From Eledone cirrhosa (lineage: Eukaryota), in assembly GCA_964016885.1 (NCBI GenBank), contig OZ024741.1, forward strand, positions 187,426,001 to 187,490,000: 64,000 nucleotides of DNA. The letters are read 5' to 3'. The notes under the pieces are model-generated. The model did not search any database. It saw nothing but the letters and a program-made list of their open reading frames with translations, and was not told where the DNA came from. Within the stretch, counting starts at the first letter, position 1. Each line of letters opens with the position of its first letter. Below, piece by piece: positions 15,001 through 30,000 of this stretch. The position numbers and the translations under genes were made by a program.

Positions 15001-18000
15001 GTTACTGTTGTTGATGTTACTGTTACTGTTGTTGATGTTACTGTTACTGTTGTTGATGTTACTGTTACTCTTGTTGATGTTACTGTTGTTGATGTTACTG
15101 TTACTGTTGTTGATGTTACTGTTGCTGTTGTTACTGTTACTGTTGTTGTTGTTACTGTTGCTGTTGTTGATGTTACTGTTACTGTTGTTGATGTTACTGT
15201 TGTTGATGTTACTGTTACTGTTGTTGTTGTTACTGTTACTGTTGATGATGTTACTGTTACTGTTGTTGATGTTACTGTTACTGTTGTTGATGTTACTGTT
15301 GTGGATGTTACTGTTACTGTTGTTGATGTTACTGTTGCTGTTGTTGATGTTACTGTTACTGTTGTTGATGTTACTGTTGCTGTTGTTGATGTTACTGTTA
15401 CTGTTGCTGTTGTTGATGTTACTGTTGCTGTTGTTGGTGTTACTGTTACTGTTGTTGATGTTACTGTTGCTGTTGCTGTTGTTACTGTTGCTGTTGTTGA
15501 TGTTACTGTTACTGTTGTTGATGTTACTGTTGCTGTTGCTGATGTTACTGTTACTGTTGTTGATGTTACTGTTGCTGTTGCTTATGTTACTGTTGCTGTT
15601 GTTGATGTTACTGTTACTGTTGTTGATGTTACTGTTGCTGTTGTTGATGTTACTGTTGCTGTTGTTGATGTTACTGTTACTGTTGTTGATGTTACTGTTA
15701 CTGTTGTTGATGTTACTGTTACTGTTGTTGATGTTACTGTTGCTGTTGTTGATGTTACTGTTACTGTTGTTGATGTTACTGTTGCTGTTGTTGATGTTAC
15801 TGTTACTGTTGTTGATGTTACTGTTACTGTTGTTGATGTTACTGTTACTGTTGTTGATGTTACTGTTACTGTTGTTGATGTTACTGTTACTGTTGTTGAT
15901 GTTACTGTTACTGTTGTTGATGTTACTGTTGCTGTTGTTGATGTTACTGTTACTGTTGTTGATGTTACTGTTACTGTTGTTGATGTTACTGTTGCTGTTG
16001 CTGATGTTACTGTTGCTGTTGTTGATGTTACTGTTACTGTTGTTGATGTTACTGTTGCTGTTGTTGATGTTACTGTTGCTGTTGTTGGTGTTACTGTTGT
16101 TGATGTTACTGTTACTGTTGTTGATGTTACTGTTGCTGTTGTTGATGTTACTGTTGCTGTTGTTGATGTTACTGTTACTGTTGTTGATGTTACTGTTACT
16201 GATGTTACTGTTACTGTTGCTGTTGTTGATGTTACTGTTACTGTTGTTGATGTTACTGTTGCTGTTGTTGATGTTACTGTTACTGTTGTTGATGTTACTG
16301 TTGTTGATGTTACTGTTACTGTTGTTGATGTAGTTGTTGTTGATTTTGCTGTTGCTGTTGTTGATGTTACTGTTACTGTTGTTGATGTTACTGTTGTTGA
16401 TGTTACTGTTACTGTTGTTGATGTTACTGTTACTGTTGTTGATGTTACTGTTACAGTTGTTGATGTTACTGTTACTGTTGTTGATGTTACTGTTGTTGAT
16501 GTTACTGTTGCTGTTGTTGTTGTTACTGTTGCTGTTGTTGATGTTACTGTTGTTGATGTTACTGTTACTGTTGTTGATGTTACTGTTACTGTTGTTGATG
16601 TTACTGTTACTGTTGTTGATGTTACTGTTGTTGATGTTACTGTTGCTGTTGTTGATGTTACTGTTACTGTTGTTGATGTTACTGTTACTGTTGTTGATGT
16701 TACTGTTACTGTTGTTGATCTTACTGTTACTGTTGTTGATGTTACTGTTACTGTTGTTGATGTTACTGTTACTGTTGTTGATGTTACTGTTACTGTTGTT
16801 GATGTTACTGTTACTGTTGTTGATGTTACTGTTACTGTTGTTGATGTTACTGTTACTGTTGTTGATGTTACTGTTACTGTTGTTGATGTTACTGTTACTG
16901 TTGTTGATGTTACTGTTACTGTTGTTGATGTTACTGTTACTGTTGTTGATGTTACTGTTACTGTTGTTGATGTTACTGTTACTGTTGCTGTTGTTACTGT
17001 TACTGTTGTTGATGCTACTGTTACTGTTGTTGATGTTACTGTTACTGTTGTTGTTGTTACTGTTACTGTTGCTGTTGTTACTGTTACTGTTGTTGATGTT
17101 ACTGTTGCTGTTGTTGATGTTACTGTTGTTGTTGTTGATTTTACTGTTGCTGTTGTTGATGTTACTGTTACTGTTGTTGATGTTACTGTTGTTGATGCTA
17201 CTGTTGTTGTTGTTGATTTTACTGTTGCTGTTGTTGATGTTACTGTTACTGTTGTTGAAGTTACTGTTGCTGTTGTTGATGTTACTGTTGCTGTTGTTGA
17301 TGTTACTGTTACTGTTGTTGATGTTACTGTTGCTGTTGTTGATGTTACTGTTGCTGTTGTTGATGTTACTGTTGCTGTTGTTGATGTTACTGTTACTGTT
17401 GTTGATGTTACTGTTGTTGATGTTACTGTTACTGTTGTTGATGTTACTGTTGTTGTTGTTGATGTTACTGTTGCTGTTGTTGATGTTACTGTTGCTGTTG
17501 TTGATGTTACTGTTACTGTTGTTGATGTTACTGTTGCTGTTGTTGATGTTACTGTTGCTGTTGTTGATGTTACTGTTGCTGTTGTTGATGTTACTGTTGC
17601 TGTTGTTGATGTTACTGTCGTTGATTTTACTGTTGTTGTTGTTGATGTTACTGTTGCTGTTGTTGTTGTTATTGTTACTGTTGTTGATGTTACTGTTACT
17701 GTTGTTGATGTTACTGTCGTTGATGTTACTGTTGTTGTTGTTGATTTTACTGTTGCTGTTGTTGATGTTACTGTTGCTGTTGTTGATGTTACTGTTACTG
17801 TTGTTGATGTTACTGTTACTGTTGTTGATGTTACTGTTACTGTTGTTGATGTTACTGTTACTGTTGTTGATTTTACTGTTGCTGTTGTTGATGTTACTGT
17901 TGCTGTTGTTGATGTTACTGTTACCTGTTGTTCATGTTACTGTTGTTGATGTTACTGTTACTGTCGTTGATGTTACAGTTGTTGTTGTTGATTTTACTGT

Positions 18001-21000
18001 TGCTGTTGTTGATGTTACTGTTACTGTTGTTGATGTTACTGTTGTTGATGTTGTTGTTGTTGATGTTACGGTTACTGTTGTTGATGTTACTGTTACTGTT
18101 GTTGTTGTTACTGTTACTGTTGTTGATGTTACTGTTGCTGTTGTTGTTGTTACTGTTGCTGTTGTTGATGTTACTGTTGCTGTTGTTGATGTTACTGTTG
18201 CTGTTGTTGTTGTTGTTGTTACTGTTACTGTTGTTGATGTTACTGTTGTTGATGTTACTGTTACTGTTGTTGATGTTACTGTTGTTGATGTTACTGTTGT
18301 TGATGTTACTGTTACTGTTGTTGATGTTACTGTTACTGTTGTTGATGTTACTGTTGTTGATGTTACTGTTACTGTTGTTGATGTTACTGTTGTTGATGTT
18401 GATGTTACTGTTGTTGATGTTACTGTTGTTGATGTTACTGTTATTGTTACTGTTGTTGATGTTACTGTTACTGTTACTGTTGTTGATGTTACTGTTGTTG
18501 ATGTTACTGTTACTGTTGCTGTTGTTGATGTTACTGTTGCTGTTGTTGATGTTACTGTTGCTGTTGTTGTTGTTGTTACTGTTACTGTTGTTGATGTTAC
18601 TGTTGTTGATGTTACTGTTACTGTTGTTGATGTTACTGTTGTTGATGTTACTGTTGTTGATGTTACTGTTACTGTTGTTGATGTTACTGTTGTTGATGTT
18701 ACTGTTTCTGTTGTTGATGTTACTGTTGCTGTTGTTGATGTTACTGTTACTGTTGTTGATGTTACTGTTGCTGTTGTTGATTTTACTGTTACTGTTGTTG
18801 ATGTTACTGTTGCTGTGGTTGATGTTACTGTTGTTGATGTTACTGTTACTGTTGCTGTTGTTGATGTTACTGTTACTGTTGCTGTTGTTGATGTTACTGT
18901 TACTTTTGTTGATGTTAATGTTACTGTTGTTGATGTTGATGTTACTGTTGTTGATGTTACTTTTGTTGATGTTACTGTTGTTGTTGTTGATGTTGATATT
19001 ACTGTTGTTGATGTTACTTTTGTTGATGTTACTGTTACTGTTGTTGTTGTTACTGTTGTTGATGTTACTGTTACTGTTGTTGTTGTTACTGTTGTTGATG
19101 TTACTGTTACTGTTGTTGATGTTACTTTTGTTGATGTTACTGTTACTGTTGTTGATGTTACCGTTGCTGTTGTTGATGTTACTGTTGCTGTTGTTGATGT
19201 TACTGTTGCTGTTGTTGTTGTTACTGTTACTGTTGTTGTTGTTACTGTTGCTGTTGTTGATGTTACTGTTGCTGTTGTTGATGTTACTGTTACTGTTGTT
19301 GATGTTACTGTTGTGGTTGTTATTGTTACTGTTGTTGATGTTACTGTTACTGTTGTTGATGTTACTGTTACTGTTGTTGATGTTACTGTTACTGTTGTTG
19401 ATGTTACTGTTACTGTTGTTGATGTTACTGTTACTGTTGTTGATGTTACTGTTACTGTTGTTGATGTTATTGTTACTGTTGTTGATGTTACTGTTACTGT
19501 TGTTGATGTTACTGCTGCTGTTGTTGATGTTACTGTTGCTGTTGTTGTTGTTACTGTTACTGTTGTTGATGTTACTGTTGTTGATGTTACTGTTACTGTT
19601 GTTGATGTTACTGTTGTTGATGTTACTGTTGTTGATGTTACTGTTACTGTTGTTGATGTTACTGTTGTTGATGTTACTGTTTCTGTTGTTGATGTTACTG
19701 TTGCTGTTGTTGATGTTACTGTTACTGTTGTTGATGTTACTGTTGCTGTTGTTGATTTTACTGTTACTGTTGTTGATGTTACTGTTGCTGTGGTTGATGT
19801 TACTGTTGTTGTTGTTACTGTTACTGTTGTTGATGTTACTGTTGTTGATGTTACTGTTACTGTTGCTGTTGTTGATGTTACTGTTACTGTTGTTGATGTT
19901 ACTGTTGCTGTTGTTGATGTTACTGTTGTTGATGTTACTGTTACTGTTGCTGTTGTTGATGTTACTGTTACTGTTGCTGTTGTTGATGTTACTGTTACTT
20001 TTGTTGATGTTAATGTTACTGTTGTTGATGTTGATGTTACTGTTGTTGATGTTACTTTTGTTGATGTTACTGTTGTTGTTGTTGATGTTGATATTACTGT
20101 TGTTGATGTTACTTTTGTTGATGTTACTGTTACTGTTGTTGTTGTTACTGTTGTTGATGTTACTGTTACTGTTGTTGTTGTTACTGTTGTTGATGTTACT
20201 GTTACTGTTGTTGATGTTACTTTTGTTGATGTTACTGTTACTGTTGTTGATGTTACCGTTGCTGTTGTTGATGTTACTGTTGCTGTTGTTGATGTTACTG
20301 TTGCTGTTGTTGTTGTTACTGTTACTGTTGTTGTTGTTACTGTTGCTGTTGTTGATGTTACTGTTGCTGTTGTTGATGTTACTGTTACTGTTGTTGATGT
20401 TACTGTTGTGGTTGTTATTGTTACTGTTGTTGATGTTACTGTTACTGTTGTTGATGTTACTGTTACTGTTGTTGATGTTACTGTTACTGTTGTTGATGTT
20501 ACTGTTACTGTTGTTGATGTTACTGTTACTGTTGTTGATGTTACTGTTACTGTTGTTGATGTTATTGTTACTGTTGTTGATGTTACTGTTACTGTTGTTG
20601 ATGTTACTGCTGCTGTTGTTGATGTTACTGTTGCTGTTGTTGATGTTACTGTTGCTGTTGTTGATGTTACTGTTGCTGTTGTTGATGTTACTGTTACTGT
20701 TGTTGATGTTACTGTTGTTGATGTTGATGTTACTGTTGTGGTTGTTATTGTTACTGTTGTTGATGTTACTGTTACTGTTGTTGATGTTACTGTTACTGTT
20801 GTTGATGTTACTGTTACTGTTGTTGATGTTACTGTTACTGTTGTTGATGTTACTGTTACTGTTGTTGATGTTACTGTTACTGTTGTTGATGTTATTGTTA
20901 CTGTTGTTGATGTTACTGTTACTGTTGTTGATGTTACTGCTGCTGTTGTTGATGTTACTGTTGCTGTTGTTGATGTTACTGTTACTGTTGTTGATGTTAC

Positions 21001-24000
21001 TGTTGTTGATGTTACTCTTGTTGATGTTACTGTTACTGTTGTTGATGTTACTGTTGTTGATGTTACTGTTGTTGTTGTTGATGTTACTGTTACTGTTGTT
21101 GATGTTACTGTTACTGTTGTTGACGTTACTGCTGCTGTTGTTGATGTTACTGTTGCTGTTGTTGATGTTACTGTTACTGTTGTTGATGTTACTGTTGTTG
21201 ATGTTACTGTTGTTGATGTTACTCTTGTTGATGTTACTGTTACTGTTGTTGATGTTACTGTTGTTGATGTTACTGTTGTTGATGTTACTCTTGTTGATGT
21301 TACTGTTACTGTTGTTGATGTTACTGTTGTTGATGTTACTGTTGTTGTTGTTGATGTTACTGTTACTGTTGTTGTTGTTGATGTTACTGTTGCTGTTGTT
21401 GATGTTACTGTTGCTGTTGTTGATGTTACTGTTACTGTTGTTGATGTTACTGTTACTGTTGTTGATGTTACTGTTACTGTTGTTGATGTTACTGTTGTTG
21501 TTGTTGATGTTACTGTTACTGTTGTTGATGTTACTGTTGCTGTTGTTGATGTTACTGTTACTGTTGTTGAAGTTACTGTTGCTGTTGTTGATGTTACTGT
21601 TACTGTTGTTGATGTTACTGTTACTGTTGTTGATGTTACTGTTGCTGTTGTTGATGTTACTGTTGTTGATGTTACTGTTACTGTTGTTGATGTTACTGTT
21701 ACTGTTGTTGATGTTACTGTTGCTGTTGTTGATGTTACTGTTACTGTTGTTGATGTTACTGTTACTGTTGTTGATGTTACTGTTGTTGTTGTTGATGTTA
21801 CTGTTACTGTTGTTGATGTTACTGTTGCTGTTGTTGATGTTACTGTTACTGTTGTTGAAGTTACTGTTGCTGTTGTTGATGTTACTGTTACTGTTGTTGA
21901 TGTTACTGTTACTGTTGTTGATGTTACTGTTACTGTTGTTGATGTTACTGTTACTGTTGTTGATGTTACTGTTACTGTTGTTGATGTTACTGTTGCTGTT
22001 GTTGATGTTACTGTTACTGTTGTTGATGTTACTGTTACTATTGTTGTTGTTACTGTTGTTGTTGTTGATGTTACTGTTACTGTTGTTGATGTTACTGTTG
22101 CTGTTGTTGATGTTACTATTGCTGTTGTTGATGTTACTGTTACTGTTGTTGATGTTACTGTTACTATTGTTGTTGTTACTGTTGTTGTTGTTGATGTTAC
22201 TGTTACTGTTGTTGATGTTACTGTTGCTGTTGTTGATGTTACTGTTACTGTTGTTGATGTTACTGTTGCTGTTGTTGATGTTACTGTTACTGATGTTACT
22301 GTTACTGTTGCTGTTTTTGATGTTACTGTTGCTGTTGTTGATGTTACTGTTACTGTTGTTGATTTTTACTGTTGTTGATGTTACTGTTACTGTTGTTGAT
22401 GTTACTGTTGCTGTTGCTGATGTTACTGTTGCTGTTGTTGATGTTACTGTTGCTTTTGTTGATGTTACTGTTACTGTTGTTGATGTTACTGTTGCTCTTG
22501 TTGATGTTACGGTTACTGTTGTTGATGTTACTGTTACTGATGTTACTGTTACTGTTGTTGATGTTACTGTTACTGTTGTTGATGTTACTGTTGTTGATGT
22601 TACTGTTACTGTTGTTGATGTTGTTGTTGTTGATTTTACTGTTGCTGTTGTTGATGTTACTGTTTCTGTTGTTGATGTTACTGTTGCTGTTGTTGATGTT
22701 ACTGTTGCTGTTGTTACTGTTGTTGTTGTTGATGCTACTGTTACTGTTACTGTTGTTGATGTTACTGTTACTGTTGTTGATGTTACTGTTACTGTTGTTG
22801 ATGTTACTGTTACTGATGTTACTGTTACTGTTGCTGTTGTTGATGTTACTGTTGCTGTTGTTGATGTTAATGTTACTGTTTTTGATGTTACTGTTGCTGT
22901 TGTTGATGTTACTGTTGCTGTTGTTGATGTTACTGTTACTGTTGTTGATGTTACTGTTACTGTTGTTGATGTTACTGTTACTGTTGTTGTGGTTGTTGTT
23001 ACTGTTACTGTTGTTGATGTTAATGTTACTGTTGTTGATGCTACTGTTACTGTTGTTGATGTTACTGTTACTGTTGTTGTTACTGTTACTGTTATTGATG
23101 TTACTGTTACTGTTGTTGATGTTACTGTTACTGTTGTTGTTGTTACTGTTACTGTTATTGATGTTACTGTTACTGTTGTTGATGTTACTGTTACTGTTGT
23201 TGATGTTACTGTTACTGTTGTTGATGTTACTGTTACTGTTGTTGATGCTACTGTTACTGTTGTTGATGTTACTGTTACTGTTGTTGATGTTACTGTTACT
23301 GTTGTTGATGTTACTGTTACTGTTGTTGATGTTACTGTTGCTGTTGTTGATGTTACTGTTGTTGATGTTGCTGTTGTTGTTGTTACTGTTACTGTTGTTG
23401 TTGTTACTGTTGCTGTTGTTGATGTTACTGTTACTGTTGTTGTTGTTACTGTTGCTGTTGTTGATGTTACTGTTACTGTTGTTGTTGTTACTGTTACTGT
23501 TGTTGTTGTTACTGTTGCTGTTGTTACTGTTACTGTTGTTGATGTTACTGTTACTGTTGTTGTTGTTACTGTTGCTGTTGTTACTGTTACTGTTGTTGAT
23601 GTTACTGTTACATTTGTTGATGTTACTGTTACTGTTGTTGATGTTACTGTTACTCTTGTTGATGTTACTGTTGTTGATGTTACTGTTACTGTTGTTGATG
23701 TTACTGTTGCTGTTGTTACTGTTACTGTTGTTGTTGTTACTGTTGCTGTTGTTGATGTTACTGTTACTGTTGTTGATGTTACTGTTGTTGATGTTACTGT
23801 TACTGTTGTTGTTGTTACTGTTACTGTTGATGATGTTACTGTTACTGTTGTTGATGTTACTGTTACTGTTGTTGATGTTACTGTTGTGGATGTTACTGTT
23901 ACTGTTGTTGATGTTACTGTTGCTGTTGTTGATGTTACTGTTACTGTTGTTGATGTTACTGTTGCTGTTGTTGATGTTACTGTTACTGTTGCTGTTGTTG

Positions 24001-27000
24001 ATGTTACTGTTGCTGTTGTTGGTGTTACTGTTACTGTTGTTGATGTTACTGTTGCTGTTGCTGTTGTTACTGTTGCTGTTGTTGATGTTACTGTTACTGT
24101 TGTTGATGTTACTGTTGCTGTTGCTGATGTTACTGTTACTGTTGTTGATGTTACTGTTGCTGTTGCTTATGTTACTGTTGCTGTTGTTGATGTTACTGTT
24201 ACTGTTGTTGATGTTACTGTTGCTGTTGTTGATGTTACTGTTGCTGTTGTTGATGTTACTGTTACTGTTGTTGATGTTACTGTTACTGTTGTTGATGTTA
24301 CTGTTACTGTTGTTGATGTTACTGTTGCTGTTGTTGATGTTACTGTTACTGTTGTTGATGTTACTGTTGCTGTTGTTGATGTTACTGTTACTGTTGTTGA
24401 TGTTACTGTTACTGTTGTTGATGTTACTGTTACTGTTGTTGATGTTACTGTTACTGTTGTTGATGTTACTGTTACTGTTGTTGATGTTACTGTTACTGTT
24501 GTTGATGTTACTGTTGCTGTTGTTGATGTTACTGTTACTGTTGTTGATGTTACTGTTACTGTTGTTGATGTTACTGTTGCTGTTGTTGATGTTACTGTTG
24601 CTGTTGTTGATGTTACTGTTGCTGTTGTTGATGTTACTGTTACTGTTGTTGATGTTACTGTTACTGATGTTACTGTTACTGTTGCTGTTGTTGATGTTAC
24701 TGTTACTGTTGTTGATGTTACTGTTGCTGTTGTTGATGTTACTGTTACTGTTGTTGATGTTACTGTTGTTGATGTTACTGTTACTGTTGTTGATGTAGTT
24801 GTTGTTGATTTTGCTGTTGCTGTTGTTGATGTTACTGTTACTGTTGTTGATGTTACTGTTGTTGATGTTACTGTTACTGTTGTTGATGTTACTGTTACTG
24901 TTGTTGATGTTACTGTTACAGTTGTTGATGTTACTGTTACTGTTGTTGATGTTACTGTTGTTGATGTTACTGTTGCTGTTGTTGTTGTTACTGTTGCTGT
25001 TGTTGATGTTACTGTTGTTGATGTTACTGTTACTGTTGTTGATGTTACTGTTACTGTTGTTGATGTTACTGTTACTGTTGTTGATGTTACTGTTGTTGAT
25101 GTTACTGTTGCTGTTGTTGATGTTACTGTTACTGTTGTTGATGTTACTGTTACTGTTGTTGATGTTACTGTTACTGTTGTTGATCTTACTGTTACTGTTG
25201 TTGATGTTACTGTTACTGTTGTTGATGTTACTGTTACTGTTGTTGATGTTACTGTTACTGTTGTTGATGTTACTGTTACTGTTGTTGATGTTACTGTTAC
25301 TGTTGTTGATGTTACTGTTACTGTTGTTGATGTTACTGTTAATGTTGTTGTTGTTACTGTTGTTGATATTGATGTTACTGTTGTTGTTGTTGTTGTTGTT
25401 GTTACTGTTACTGTTGTTGATGTTACTGTTGTTGATGTTACTGTTACTGTTGTTGATGTTACTGTTACTGTTGTTGATGTTACTGTTACTGTTGCTGTTG
25501 TTACTGTTACTGTTGTTGATGCTACTGTTACTGTTGTTGATGTTACTGTTACTGTTGTTGTTGTTACTGTTACTGTTGCTGTTGTTACTGTTACTGTTGT
25601 TGATGTTACTGTTGCTGTTGTTGATGTTACTGTTGTTGTTGTTGATTTTACTGTTGCTGTTGTTGATGTTACTGTTACTGTTGTTGATGTTACTATTGTT
25701 GATGCTACTGTTGTTGTTGTTGATTTTACTGTTGCTGTTGTTGATGTTACTGTTACTGTTGTTGAAGTTACTGTTGCTGTTGTTGATGTTACTGTTGCTG
25801 TTGTTGATGTTACTGTTACTGTTGTTGATGTTACTGTTGCTGTTGTTCATGTTACTGTTGCTGTTGTTGATGTTACTGTTGCTGTTGTTGATGTTACTGT
25901 TACTGTTGTTGATGTTACTGTTGTTGATGTTACTGTTACTGTTGTTGATGTTACTGTTGTTGTTGTTGATGTTACTGTTGCTGTTGTTGATGTTACTGTT
26001 GCTGTTGTTGATGTTACTGTTACTGTTGTTGATGTTACTGTTGCTGTTGTTGATGTTACTGTTGCTGTTGTTGATGTTACTGTTGCTGTTGTTGATGTTA
26101 CTGTTGCTGTTGTTGATGTTACTGTCGTTGATGTTACTGTTGTTGTTGTTGATGTTACTGTTGCTGTTGTTGTTGTTATTGTTACTGTTGTTGATGTTAC
26201 TGTTACTGTTGTTGATGTTACTGTCGTTGATGTTACTGTTGTTGTTGTTGATTTTACTGTTGCTGTTGTTGATGTTACTGTTGCTGTTGTTGATGTTACT
26301 GTTACTGTTGTTGATGTTACTGTTACTGTTGTTGATGTTACTGTTACTGTTGTTGATGTTACTGTTACTGTTGTTGATTTTACTGTTGCTGTTGTTGATG
26401 TTACTCTTGCTGTTGTTGATGTTACTGTTACCTGTTGTTCATGTTACTGTTGTTGATGTTACTGTTACTGTCGTTGATGTTACAGTTGTTGTTGTTGATT
26501 TTACTGTTGCTGTTGTTGATGTTACTGTTACTGTTGTTGATGTTACTGTTGTTGATGTTGTTGTTGTTGATGTTACGGTTACTGTTGTTGATGTTACTGT
26601 TACTGTTGTTGTTGTTACTGTTACTGTTGTTGATGTTACTGTTGCTGTTGTTGTTGTTACTGTTGCTGTTGTTGATGTTACTGTTGCTGTTGTTGATGTT
26701 ACTGTTGCTGTTGTTGTTGTTGTTGTCACTGTTACTGTTGTTGATGTTACTGTTGTTGATGTTACTGTTACTGTTGTTGATGTTACTGTTGTTGATGTTA
26801 CTGTTGTTGATGTTACTGTTACTGTTGTTGATGTTACTGTTACTGTTTTTGATGTTACTGTTGTTGATGTTACTGTTACTGTTGTTGATGTTACTGTTGT
26901 TGATGTTGATGTTACTGTTGTTGATGTTACTGTTGTTGATGTTACTGTTATTGTTACTGTTGTTGATGTTACTGTTACTGTTACTGTTGTTGATGTTACT

Positions 27001-30000
27001 GTTGTTGATGTTACTGTTACTGTTGCTGTTGTTGATGTTACTGTTGCTGTTGTTGATGTTACTGTTGCTGTTGTTGTTGTTGTTACTGTTACTGTTGTTG
27101 ATGTTACTGTTGTTGATGTTACTGTTACTGTTGTTGATGTTACTGTTGTTGATGTTACTGTTGTTGATGTTACTGTTACTGTTGTTGATGTTACTGTTGT
27201 TGATGTTACTGTTTCTGTTGTTGATGTTACTGTTGCTGTTGTTGATGTTACTGTTACTGTTGTTGATGTTACTGTTGCTGTTGTTGATTTTACTGTTACT
27301 GTTGTTGATGTTACTGTTGCTGTGGTTGATGTTACTGTTACTGTTGCTGTTGTTGATGTTACTGTTGCTGTTGTTGATGTTACTGTTACTGTTGTTGATG
27401 TTACTGTTGCTGTTGCTGATGTTACTGTTGCTGTTGTTGATGTTACTGTTACTGTTGTTGATGTTACTGTTGCTGTTGTTGATGTTACTGTTACTGTTGT
27501 TGATGTTACTGTTACTGTTGTTGATGTTACTGTTTCTGTTGCTGGTGTTACTGTTGCTGTTGTTGATGTTAGTGTTACTGTTGTTGATGTTACTGTTGCT
27601 GTTGTTGATGTTACTGTTGCTGTTGTTGATGTTACTGTTGCTGTTGTTGATGTTACTGTTACTGTTGTTGATGTTACTGTTGCTGTTGTTGATGTTACTG
27701 TTGCTGTTGTTGATGTTACTGTTGCTGTTGTTGATGTTACTGTTACTGTTGTTGATGTTACTGTTACTGATGTTACTGTTACTGTTGCTGTTGTTGATGT
27801 TACTGTTACTGTTGTTGATGTTACTGTTGTTGATGTTACTGTTACTGTTGTTGATGTTGTTGTTGTTGATTTTACTGTTGTTGTTGTTGATGTTACTGTT
27901 ACTGTTGTTGATGTTACTGTTGTTGATGTTACTGTTGCTGTTGTTGATGTTACTGTTGCTGTTCGTGATGTTACTGTTACTGTTGTTGATGTTACTGTTA
28001 CTGTTGTTGATGTTACTGTTACTGTTGTTGATGTTACTGTTGCTGTTGTTGATGTTACTGTTACTGTTGTTGATGTTACTGTTACTGTTGTTGATGTTAC
28101 TGTTACTGTTGTTGATGTTACTGTTACTGTTGTTGATGTTACTGTTACTGTTGTTGATGTTACTGTTACTGTTGTTGATGTTACTGTTGTTGATGTTACT
28201 GTTACTGTTGTTGATGTTACTGTTACTGTTGTTGATGTTACTGTTGTTGATGTTACTGTTACTGTTGTTGATGTTACTGTTGCTGTTGCTGATGTTACTG
28301 TTACTGTTGTTGATGTTTCTGTTGCTGTTGCTGATGTTACTGTTGCTGTTGTTGATGTTACTGTTACTGTTGTTGATGTTACAGTTGCTGTTGTTGATGT
28401 TACTGTTGCTGTTGTTGATGTTACTGTTACTGTTGTTGATGTTACTGTTACTGTTGTTGATGTTACTGTTGCTGTTGTTGATGTTACTGTTGTTGATGTT
28501 ACTGTTGCTGTTGTTGATGTTACTGTTGTTGATGTTACTGTTACTGTTGTTGATGTTACTGTTGCTGTTGTTGATGTTACTGTTGTTGATGTTACTGTTA
28601 CTGTTGTTGATGTTACTGTTACTGTTGTTGTTGTTACTGTTGTTGATGTTACTGTTGCTGTTCTTGATGTTACTGTTACTGTTGTTGATGTTACTGTTGC
28701 TGTTGTTGATGTTACTGTTACTGTTGTTGATGTTACTGTTGCTGTTGTTGATGTTACTGTTACTGTTGTTGATGTTACTGTTGTTGATGTTACTGTTATT
28801 GATGTTACTGTTGTTGATGTTACTGTTACTGTTGTTGATGTTACTGTTACTGTTGTTGATGTTACTGTTACTGTTGTTGATGTTACTGTTACTGTTGTTG
28901 ATGTTACTGTTACTGTTGTTGATGTTACTGTTACTGTTGTGATGTTACTGTTGCTGTTGTTGATGTTACTGTTGCTGTTGTTGATGTTACTGTTGCTGTT
29001 GTTGATGTTACTGTTACTGTTGTTGATGTTACTGTTGTTGATGTTACTGTTACTGTTGTTGATGTTACTGTTGTTGATGTTACTGTTACTGTTGTTGATG
29101 TTACTGTTGTTGATGTTACTGTTACTGTTGTTGATGTTACTGTTGTTGATGTTACTGTTACTGTTGTTGATGTTACTGTTACTGTTGTTGATGTTACTGT
29201 TACTGTTGTTGATGTTACTGTTACTGTTGTTGATGTTACTGTTACTGTTGTTGATGTTACTCTTACTGTTGTTGATGTTACTGTTGCTGTTGTTGATGTT
29301 ACTGTTGCTGTTGTTGATGTTACTGTTGCTGTTGTTGATGTTACTGTTACTGTTGTTGATGTTACTGTTACTGTTGTTGATGTTACTGTTGCTGTTGCTG
29401 ATGTTACTGTTGCTGTTGTTGATGTTACTGTTACTGTTGTTGATGTTACTGTTGCTGTTGTTGATGTTACTGTTGCTGTTGTTGATGTTACTGTTGCTGT
29501 TGTTGATGTTACTGTTACTGTTGTTGATGTTACTGTTGCTGTTGTTGATGTTACTGTTGCTGTTGTTGATGTTACTGTTGCTGTTGTTGATGTTACTGTT
29601 ACTGTTGTTGATGTTACTGTTACTGATGTTACTGTTACTGTTGCTGTTGTTGATGTTACTGTTACTGTTGTTGATGTTACTGTTGCTGTTGTTGATGTTA
29701 CTGTTACTGTTGTTGATGTTACTGTTGTTGATGTTACTGTTACTGTTGTTGATGTAGTTGTTGTTGATTTTACTGTTGCTGTTGTTGATGTTACTGTTAC
29801 TGTTGTTGATGTTACTGTTGTTGATGTTACTGTTACCTTTGTTGATGTTACTGTTACTGTTGTTGATGTTACTGTTACTGTTGTTGATGTTACTGTTACT
29901 GTTGTTGATGTTACTGTTGTTGCTGTTACTGTTGCTGTTGTTGTTGTTACTGTTGTTGATGTTACTGTTACTGTTGTTGATGTTACTGTTCCTGTTGTTG